A stretch of 64,000 nt of DNA, taken from the NCBI GenBank assembly GCA_000004985.1, contig GG738846.1. One strand, given 5' to 3'. Positions 56,390 to 64,000 of this stretch are shown piece by piece (the stretch's first letter is position 1; each line of letters begins with the position of its first letter). The notes under the pieces are model-generated. The model worked only from the letters and a program-made list of their open reading frames with translations, was not told the DNA's origin and ran no database searches. The stretch is from Naegleria gruberi. Taxonomy: Eukaryota. The position numbers and the translations under genes are program-made.

Positions 56390-57571
56390 ATGGTAAATGT
56401 AATAGTCAGAGGATCCCGAGCAGACGACATTGAAAATATTGATTTACTTGGACAACCAATGAAATCAATCACATCAGGTTTTGGCCATGTGTTAATATTA
56501 TCAGAGAATGAGAAATTATTTAGTTTTGGTCGTAACGATTGTGGTCAACTTGGTTTTGAATCGGAAAATCCTGATGAAGTTGATGTTTTGAAAATCACCC
56601 CCATACCTTGGAGCAATTCTATTAAATCAATTCATTGTGGTTCCTTGCACTCTATGATTTTAAGTGATGATAATTGTCTATTTTCTTGTGGTAGCAACGC
56701 ATTTGGGCAATGTAGTCAACCAACTCTCTCTGGCCCTATTATTGCTCAGTTTACCCTTATTGAAATAGATGAAATTGTACGGAATAAGATAGCTACAATA
56801 ATTTGTAAATTTGCACATAGTGGTTTCGTCACTTCCGATAGAGAGTTATATTGTTGCGGGAGGAATCATGATTTGGAAATTGGTATACAAAACAGTGATA
56901 ATGTAAACAAATTTACAAAAGTGCCAAATATTCCTCCTGTAAAGCTGGTAGATTTTGCTTGGAAATATACGGTTATTGTAACGATGGAAAATGAAATATA
57001 TTCCTCCAAGCATGGCATTCTGAGAACAGAATGTACACTTAACCCGTGCATTGGTAAATATTGTGGATGGAATCCTTCTATCAATGGAGAAATTGTCAAA
57101 CTCCAATGTGGAAATGAGCATACAATACTGCTTACACAAAATATGGAACTTTTTGGGTTTGGATATTCACCCAATGGAGAAATTGGAGTCTCTCAAAGTT
57201 CAATAATTAAGGAGGTTGTAAGAATCGGAGGATCCATCCTGGACAGAGTTTGTAACTTTGTTACATCATATAATCAATTAATTGTTTTTACAACTGGTGG
57301 AACCATTTATGTTTCTGGTCTAAACACTAGAGGGCAATTGAATTTCTCTCTAAATAATAACATGATAGATTCTAAAGATCCAGTGGAAACGCTCACACCT
57401 GTATCTCAATCCAGATATTTCAATTCAGCTTGTATTGGTAATCAATTTACCATATTATATCACAGAACAGAAGGGCAATTCAAAATTGAAAAATTATTCA
57501 AGCAACAATTATTTTCACTCGCCTTACATGAATACTTTTTTGATACGAGCATTGTCTTTTGTAAAGAGTAA
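56390..57571 (+). CDS. RCC1-repeat (regulator of chromosome condensation-like) beta-propeller protein, 393 aa
   Basis: Repeated RCC1 blades: GFGHVLILSENEKLFSFGRNDCGQLG, IHCGSLHSMILSDDNCLFSCGSNAFGQC, LQCGNEHTILLTQNMELFGFGYSPNGEIG. Confidence 0.65.
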   Translation: MVNVIVRGSRADDIENIDLLGQPMKSITSGFGHVLILSENEKLFSFGRNDCGQLGFESENPDEVDVLKITPIPWSNSIKSIHCGSLHSMILSDDNCLFSCGSNAFGQCSQPTLSGPIIAQFTLIEIDEIVRNKIATIICKFAHSGFVTSDRELYCCGRNHDLEIGIQNSDNVNKFTKVPNIPPVKLVDFAWKYTVIVTMENEIYSSKHGILRTECTLNPCIGKYCGWNPSINGEIVKLQCGNEHTILLTQNMELFGFGYSPNGEIGVSQSSIIKEVVRIGGSILDRVCNFVTSYNQLIVFTTGGTIYVSGLNTRGQLNFSLNNNMIDSKDPVETLTPVSQSRYFNSACIGNQFTILYHRTEGQFKIEKLFKQQLFSLALHEYFFDTSIVFCKE

Positions 57572-57955
57572 TTAATTGATTATTGTGTTGATTGATTGCA
57601 CGACGACATGCGTACAAATCGGGAAATGCAAACATCAACAATCACAACTTGTGTATTTTGTTTGTAGAATACAATCATCTCTTATTGCTTCAAGATGAAA
57701 ATAATTTGATATTCTCATCTAATTAATTCCTTTCATTAAATCTTGCTAAATAACATTCGTTGTGAAGTGATGGTTGTGTCCTTTAGGAAGGAAGTGAAAA
57801 GAGTACAAGATAAAAACTCATTTAAACTTTTATAAAAAAAATCAAAACCATTGCGATTTTTGATACACAGAGCGTGAGAGTTTTGACCGTTTTTACTGCA
57901 TATCATCAATCCTATTTTTCAAACCTTCTAATTGTACACTTATTAAAACTCTTCA

Positions 57956-59273
57956 ATGCCTCCTCCACCTCCACCTCCACCATCTAATGTTCCACCACCA
58001 GTTGCCTATAAGCCACCAAAAGAAGTTTCTACAGCTGGCAGAGGTGATCTGTTAGATTCTATTCGTAAAGGAAACAAGTTAAAGAGGGTACCAGAAAGTG
58101 AAAAGAAGGAAAAATCAGGTGATGTTGTTGGTAAAGTTCTTGATCGTAATGCTCCAAAGAAGCCTGCAAGTGAGAGTACACCACCAAAACCTGCCAAGTA
58201 AGTAATTTTAAATCCTTTAATTTTCTTAACAATAATTCAATTAATTAATATTAATTTAAAGTACTGGTTTTGTTCCAACAGGAAATCCAATGATGGATGA
58301 AATTCTCAAGAAGAGACAAGGCTTAGGAAATAATTCTGGAAGTGGATCCTCTACAGCTACTACTAACACTCCACCAACAAGAGCCACACCACCAACTGTT
58401 CCTTCAAACAGACCACCTTCATCATCAAGTACAATACCAACCAGAACTGCTCCTACTTTACCATCACGAGCTGGTACCGGTTCATCTCAAACAACTAGTA
58501 CACCTCCACCAGTTGTTTCTTCAACAACACCAAGTGTACCAACAAGAACAACTCCTTCTTTACCAACAAGAACAACTCCATCAGTTCCAACAACAAGTTC
58601 AAATCCACCTTCAGGAGAAACAGGAAGAAGAGCTCCACCACCACTCCCTCAAAAGACTGGAGGTGATACAACAGGAAGAAGAGTCCCTCCACCACTCCCT
58701 CAAAAGACTGGAGGAACTCAACAACCATCTCTTCCTTCGAGAAATCCTCCTCAAACAACTAGTACACCTCCACCAGTTGTTTCCACACCACCACCAGTGG
58801 TTGAAAAGAAACCACCTCCACCTCCAAGAAATGAGGTCAAGACTGAAACATCATCACCAACATTGCCTCCTGTCAGAAAACAACCACCAGTGTCAACACC
58901 TCCAGTTGTGGAATCACCAAATGAATCATCAAATATTCAAACTGAAGGACGTTTCCAATTCCGAACTGACCTTCCACCTGTTCCTCCATTTACTGGAAAG
59001 CCTAAAGTTTACAAAACAAAAGGAGGATCAAGCTCATCATCATCACAAGCTAATGCTCCAAGTGTTCCCCCACCAAGACCAACTAAACCAAAGAGAGATA
59101 TTGAAAAGGAAAAGAAGGAATTGGAAGCTCAAGCTAATGCATTAATGCAAGATTTTGTTAAAAGAATGATGTTTGAAAAATGCGTTCCTTTGAGAGATTT
59201 GTTGGAAAAGATTAGTAAGGCTAATGATGAGGCTACACTTGATAATATCAAAGAACAACTCTTAAACATGTAA
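57956..59273 (+). CDS. Verprolin/WIP-family actin regulator (WH2 motif + proline-rich region + C-terminal WASP-binding motif), 2 exons: 57956..58197, 58262..59273 (64-nt intron GTAAGT...TTTAAAG)
   Basis: MPPPPPPPPSNVPPP...GRGDLLDSIRKGNKLKRV (WH2). Proline-rich repeats TSTPPPVVS / RRAPPPLPQKTGG. C-terminal EGRFQFRTDLPPVPPFTGKPKVYKTKGG ~ human WIP [28 protein letters not shown]. Confidence 0.75.
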
Positions 59274-59317
59274 TCTATTTAGTACCTTTAATAAATCTTG
59301 TAAATTACCTAATATGT

Positions 59318-60649
59318 TTAATTACATCCAGGACAATTATGAAGAGACTCATGAATAAAAGCGTCACATTCAACACAGAAAATATTACTGCAACTTGGAC
59401 ATTGTAAACTAATAAATGATTCTTTTGGCAATGATTTCTGACATCCATAACAGTAGGGTTCTTCTCCCTCTCTTGGTTGATAATCAATGAATTGTTGTAC
59501 TGGGAAAAGATGGTGGTATGAACGAGCCAAATGAGGAGAGGAAACAAGCATTAATCCACAGGTTGAGCACTCAACCGGCAAGTCACAATATTTACTTTTA
59601 CAGCGAGGGCAGATATATCCACCAGGTGTAATCTTTTTGTGACATAAACACATAGAGTAGAGAGTCTGAGCTCTTCTCTGAGGGAAACCCATTCTCATGG
59701 ATGGAGGAGCTACAATTTTTGTAGAAGAAGAGGATGTAGTTGGGGGAGGAGCTGCATGTGCCATTAATACTTCTTTGAAATGTTCATCATCTGTTGGTAC
59801 ACTATAAGTACCTTGGGTTTGTTTTGCAATTTGTTTGCAAACAAACACCTCAGCATCCAAACTAATTAATGAAACTCTAATATTATTATCTTTGAGTTGT
59901 TTGATTGTCGAGAAAATATTATCAGGATCACAGGACGATAATGAACAATAGATTACCACAACTTCCTTAGAACCATAATTGGGTATTTGATGAAGTGAAT
60001 CATAACTTAGGTTCAATACATTTTGAAGTGATGGATCTCCCCCAAAAGACCTTGTTGGATGGCTTGATGTATGTCTATTGGCATCTTCATATAACTTTTT
60101 CAATTCTGATACTAGTTGCTTTACATTTCCTGTTAGTTCTTTTAAAATTTTTGCAACACCATTCTTTGTGGTAATAATTCCCAATTGTGAGAGTGGATTT
60201 TGATCAAAATATTCCTTGATGAATTCCTTTGCTGTTGAAATAACGGATTGTGCTCGGGATGTTTTCTCATCATGTTGTGATGGTAACATTATTCCATTAC
60301 TGCAATCAATGACAAGATATAAAAATCTAATAATTCCCTTCTTGATGATTGTTTTTTCCTGTGGAATTAATGATTTTGTTGAATTAGTACTATTAGCGGC
60401 ATTCCAATACATCAATTGATGTCTTTTAACAATACGTTCTCTTTTACTTTTTTGTTTGGAGAGTGAAAGTTTGTTAACCAGTTGGTCATATGGTTGCTCT
60501 ACAATATCGTCCACTCCTCCAGTATCATACTTTTTTTCCCAATTGTATGTATTAGAATCTTGTTTGTGAGCATTGAATGTTGTCAATTCGTTTTCATCGT
60601 GATCATCCATGCCATCATCATCTACTAACGGTCTCTTGTGTGAGGACAT
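59318..60649 (-). CDS. GTF2H2: TFIIH core subunit p44 (GTF2H2/Ssl1): vWA domain + C4 zinc finger + C-terminal RING-like finger
   Basis: vWA GIIRFLYLVIDCSNGIMLPSQHD...LGIITTKNGVAKILKELTGN. Zn fingers YICPRCKSKYCDLPVECSTCGLMLVSSPHLARSYHHLFPV and CYGCQKSL...LQCPSCSNIFCVECDAFIHESLHNCPGC. ATG of MSSHKRPL at 60649. Confidence 0.9.
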   Translation of the reverse strand: MSSHKRPLVDDDGMDDHDENELTTFNAHKQDSNTYNWEKKYDTGGVDDIVEQPYDQLVNKLSLSKQKSKRERIVKRHQLMYWNAANSTNSTKSLIPQEKTIIKKGIIRFLYLVIDCSNGIMLPSQHDEKTSRAQSVISTAKEFIKEYFDQNPLSQLGIITTKNGVAKILKELTGNVKQLVSELKKLYEDANRHTSSHPTRSFGGDPSLQNVLNLSYDSLHQIPNYGSKEVVVIYCSLSSCDPDNIFSTIKQLKDNNIRVSLISLDAEVFVCKQIAKQTQGTYSVPTDDEHFKEVLMAHAAPPPTTSSSSTKIVAPPSMRMGFPQRRAQTLYSMCLCHKKITPGGYICPRCKSKYCDLPVECSTCGLMLVSSPHLARSYHHLFPVQQFIDYQPREGEEPYCYGCQKSLPKESFISLQCPSCSNIFCVECDAFIHESLHNCPGCN

Positions 60650-60699
60650 TTTTTTGAAAAATATGTACAACTAATTTTAAATTAAAATTAGATTAAAAA
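60650..60699. promoter_or_regulatory. About 50-bp divergent (bidirectional) promoter region between GTF2H2 (minus) and MCAT (plus) start codons
   Basis: Only 50 nt (tttttgaaaaatatgtacaactaattttaaattaaaattagattaaaaa) separate the two divergent ATGs. Extremely AT-rich. Confidence 0.35.
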
Positions 60700-61887
60700 A
60701 TGTTCAAGCGTAACCAAAGGCTTTCACTTTGTATGAGACTTAAAAACTATCAACAAATTGGTGGTGGAACTATCAATTATTGTTACTCTACTGATTTGAA
60801 GAGTAAGGTTTTAACTGTGTACATGTTTACAGGTCAGGGATCACAACATTCAAGAATGTTTTCCGATATAGATTCAATTCATCCTTTGATGAAAACAAAA
60901 ACATGTCAATCTATTTTTTTCAATGGAACTGAAAGTGATGAGGAAATTATGAACAGTTTTAGGGATTTCTCTTTTCCTGTATTAAGAAATTTGAATGTTG
61001 AAAATATTGAAAATCCACCTACAAGCTTGGCCCAACCTTTAATTTTAATACAATCTATTTTACTTTTTGAAAGGTATAGAGAATTACTTTCTAAAACTAG
61101 TAGGAATGAAGAAATAGCTTGTATGCTTGGACATTCTTTAGGAGAATTTACAGCTTTAGCAGCTTGTGGAGGCGTTTCTATTGAAGAGGCTATTAAACTT
61201 GTTAACGTTAGAGGAAAATCAATGGAAAGAAACATTACAAAGGAACAAGAAACTGATATGGGTATGAGAGCAATAATTAATATTCCTTTACAATTAATGA
61301 GTGATATTGAGAAATACTTTACATCCACTAATCAGAAAGAATCTCTATGTCCTTGTTGTGACATGGCTAATATTAATACACCTCAACAGGTTGTTTTGAG
61401 TGGACTCAAATCGGATATGGATAGACAAATTTCAATGTGGCAAGAAAATTATAAATGTAAACTAAGAGCCATTCCACTAAATGTACACTTGCCATTCCAC
61501 TCAAAGTATCTAGAACCTGTTTCTATTGATATTTCTAATGCATATGATGAAATTGATACTGGAAATATTGTAAGAAAATTACAACATCCAATAGTTGCCA
61601 ATACCAATGCCAAATTTGTAAATACCTTTGCAGAAATTAAAGCATTATCCATCCATCAAGTACACAAACCAGTTTTGTGGAACATGTCCATTCAATCTAT
61701 TATTGAACATGTTAGGCGGGAATACCATACAAAAGACACAACACCAACAACTCTCAGATTCATTGAATTTGGACCACAGAAAAAACTTGAACCCATGATA
61801 AGCAAATGTTGCAGTGGAGGAAATGGTTTGAACATTGAAAGTTTATCCTTCAATACTTTGTCAGATGTTAATAATTATTTTCAATAA
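60700..61887 (+). CDS. MCAT: Malonyl-CoA:ACP transacylase (mitochondrial type-II FAS, MCAT/FabD family), single exon
   Basis: MFTGQGSQHSRMF, active-site GHSLGEFTALAACGGVSIEEAIKLVNVRGKSME, and N-terminal presequence-like region. Confidence 0.85.
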   Translation: MFKRNQRLSLCMRLKNYQQIGGGTINYCYSTDLKSKVLTVYMFTGQGSQHSRMFSDIDSIHPLMKTKTCQSIFFNGTESDEEIMNSFRDFSFPVLRNLNVENIENPPTSLAQPLILIQSILLFERYRELLSKTSRNEEIACMLGHSLGEFTALAACGGVSIEEAIKLVNVRGKSMERNITKEQETDMGMRAIINIPLQLMSDIEKYFTSTNQKESLCPCCDMANINTPQQVVLSGLKSDMDRQISMWQENYKCKLRAIPLNVHLPFHSKYLEPVSIDISNAYDEIDTGNIVRKLQHPIVANTNAKFVNTFAEIKALSIHQVHKPVLWNMSIQSIIEHVRREYHTKDTTPTTLRFIEFGPQKKLEPMISKCCSGGNGLNIESLSFNTLSDVNNYFQ

Positions 61888-61950
61888 CTTGTTCTTTATT
61901 AAAAAACCATCACACAATGAAAAAATATTATTTAATTTTTAAAAAAAAAA

Positions 61951-64000
61951 TGCATCTCTACCACTTTACACTCGTCAAACCGGGAAGTATTAACCAGGCG
62001 ATCAGTGGTTGTTTTTCTGGTAAAAAGTATGATATTTTAACGGAAAAGCACTACAGACCAACAGAGATTGTGATGGCCAAAGGAAATATTCTAGAGTTGT
62101 ATGAATGCGAGGAAAATGGAAATCTTAAATGTTTAATATCACAAGATGTCTTTGGAGTAATTAGATCCATCACATCTTTCAAGTTTAGTAATACTGTAGA
62201 GAAGGATTATATTGCCATTGGATCCGATTCAGGAAGTATTGTTATTTTGGAGGTCAATAGCAACTTGAACAAATTTACACAAATTCATCACGAGACATAC
62301 GGAAAGACTGGCTGCAGAAGAATTGTTCCAGGACAATATTTGGCTGCTGATCCAAAGGGTAGGGCTTTGATGATTGGAGCAGTTGAAAAACAAAAATTTG
62401 TCTATGTTTTGAATATGGATGGGGACCATTTGACAATATCATCACCATTGGAAGGTCACTCACAAAATACTCTAGTTTATTCTATGGTAGGCTTGGATGT
62501 AGGGTTTGACAATCCTGCCTTTGCTTGTATTGAAGTTAATTATGAAGGTGCTGATGAATCTGATGTAGCTTATCAATCTTTGAAAAAGATGCTTACTATT
62601 TATGAATTGGATCTAGGAAAAAACACTATAGTTAAAAAATCATCAGAAGAAATTGACAGATCAGCAAATTTATTGATTCAAATACCAGAACCATTGGGGG
62701 GTGTGTTGGTTTGTTCTGAAAATTATATTACATATAAGAAAGAAGGTCAAGATGATGTAAGATCTCCTATTCCAAGAAGAAGTGGCATGCCACAAGAAAG
62801 AGGGCTTATGATCATCAATTCTAATCTCAAAGTCAAAAAAGGAGGTGATATTTTCCTTCTTGCTCAAAATGAATTGGGTGATCTCTATAGAGTTTCATTT
62901 AACAAGGATGGCAATAGAGTAAGCAGTGTATCACTCCAATACTTTGATACTATTCCTGTTTCCAACTCATTCTTGGCATTGAAAAATGGAAATTTGTTTT
63001 GTGCCTCTGAATTTGGTGATCACAAGTGTTACAAAATTACAAAGATTGAACCAAATGAATATCCAGAAACTTATGAGTCTATTGGAAGTGAAACCTTCCC
63101 AACATTTACTCCACCAATGAATAGATTTGAGGCATTAATGAGCGATAATGATCAACCATCAACAACAAATGTCACATGCCTTGAACTTGTCAATGAAATT
63201 AAGAGTTTAGCTCCAGTTACTGATATGAAAGTTACAGATTTAATGGGAGAAGGAACTCCACAGATTTATTGTCTTAATGGTAGAGGACCAACCTCCTCAT
63301 TGAGATCTTTGAGATATGGTTTACCTGTAAATGAAGAAGTTGCTGCTCCTTTGGATCAACAAGCAACAGCCATATTTACAGTCAAAGAATCGATGAATGA
63401 CACATTTGACAAGTATATCATTCTTTCATTTTCCGAGTTCACAATGGTACTTTCTGTTGGTGAAAATGTTGCAGAAGTGACTGAATCTGGTTTTTTGACT
63501 ACAACAAAGACTATTTATGCTTCAAATATTGGAGAATCTGGAGAGTTTGTACAAGTACATCCAAAGGGTATCAGACATATTCACCCTGATAGAGTTAACG
63601 AATGGAACTCTGGTAACAAGATAATTGAAAAAGCTGCCGTTAATGGTTATCAAATTGTTGTATCGTTGAGTGGAGGAGAAATTATTTATTTTGAATATGA
63701 CACTAGTTCTGGAAATTTGATTGAAACCGAAAGAAATGACTTGTCACAAGATGTAGCCTGTTTAGCATTGAGCCCTATTCAAGATGGTCGTACCAGAGGT
63801 CGTTTCTTGGCAGTAGGATTTTATGACAAGACTGTAAGATTAATATCCTTGGGAGAATATGATATGATGTCAATTTTATCAAGACAAGCCCTACCTGCTG
63901 ATCCTGAATCTCTTAGCTTGATTGAGCTTCAAAGTGGCCACTCAAGAGATGAAACCAGTCTTTACTTAAATATTGGTTTGAGTAATGGTATTCTATTAAG
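61951..64000 (+). CDS. SF3B3: Splicing factor 3B subunit 3 (SF3B3/SAP130/Rse1), N-terminal about 683 aa; partial, continues beyond the window end, no introns in this part
   Basis: Manual translation: MHLYHFTLVKPGSINQAISGCFSGKKYDILTEKHY...FGVIRSITSFKFSNTVEKDYIAIGSDSGSIVILE...HHETYGKTGCRRIVPGQYLAADPKGRALMIGAVEKQKFVYVLN...VCSENYITYKK...LRSLRYGL...YDKTVRLISL is near-collinear with human SF3B3 (MFLYNLTLQRATGISFAIHGNFSG...[33 protein letters not shown]...). It is absent from the ORF track because no stop lies inside the window. Confidence 0.92.

Noticed and set aside
58342-59145. 267-aa plus-strand ORF (MDPLQLLLTLHQQEPHH...) overlapping the WIP exon 2 in another frame
   Set aside because: It is the +1 frame of a highly repetitive proline-codon-rich region (CCA/CCT runs read as H/Q/L). 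The in-frame WIP reading has the WH2 and WASP-binding motifs, so this is a low-complexity frame artefact.
1-64000. Prokaryotic interpretation (operons, defence island, CRISPR, restriction-modification, phage or transposon cargo)
   Set aside because: Canonical GT-AG spliceosomal introns interrupt conserved domains throughout. The proteins are eukaryote-specific (spliceosome, TFIIH, GINS, TRAPP, SNAREs, centriole components). No direct-repeat/spacer arrays, integrases, transposases or reverse transcriptases were seen.

Overview
This window is eukaryotic nuclear DNA, not prokaryotic. Evidence: many short spliceosomal introns (35-85 nt, GTAAGT/GTATGT donors, YAG acceptors) and exclusively eukaryotic protein families (SF3B3, SLU7, TFIIH p44, CLASP, NEK2, WDR90, TRAPPC9, NHLRC2, GINS3, NOP10, syntaxin-16, WIP/verprolin, TRPML). 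It is AT-rich (~35% GC coding, under 30% intergenic) and very gene-dense: at least 34 protein-coding genes on both strands in 64 kb. Intergenic spacers are often only 30-110 nt. I found no rRNA, tRNA, CRISPR array, transposon or prokaryotic-style defence or metabolic island. I see no evidence of an undescribed 'system' in the prokaryotic sense. What is worth a second look: (1) extreme gene compaction, including same-strand gene pairs separated by only 30-60 nt, one convergent pair whose stop codons overlap, and ~50-73 nt bidirectional promoters; (2) a tandem 29-aa repeat array with a higher-order duplication and a frame discontinuity at the 5' end of a SAC3/GANP-family gene; (3) an apparent 1-nt insertion disrupting the conserved beta3 (VAIK) region of a NEK2 kinase orthologue; (4) a lineage-informative gene mix (fungal-type Zn2Cys6 transcription factor with an intron through its zinc cluster, plus centriole/cilium genes WDR90/POC16, CLASP and NEK2, plus a SANTA-domain KNL2/M18BP1-like centromere protein) that suggests a flagellated, compact-genome opisthokont such as a zoosporic or Rozella-like fungus (speculative); (5) an acidic disordered ORF followed by a 4-TM exon with an unresolved junction. 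All exon boundaries were derived by eye, are approximate (+/- a few nt) and need RNA-seq confirmation. In the supplied ORF track a leading 'M' is often a TTG/GTG alternative start, so I re-derived start codons where I could. Genes that run off either end of the window are absent from the track and were found by manual translation.
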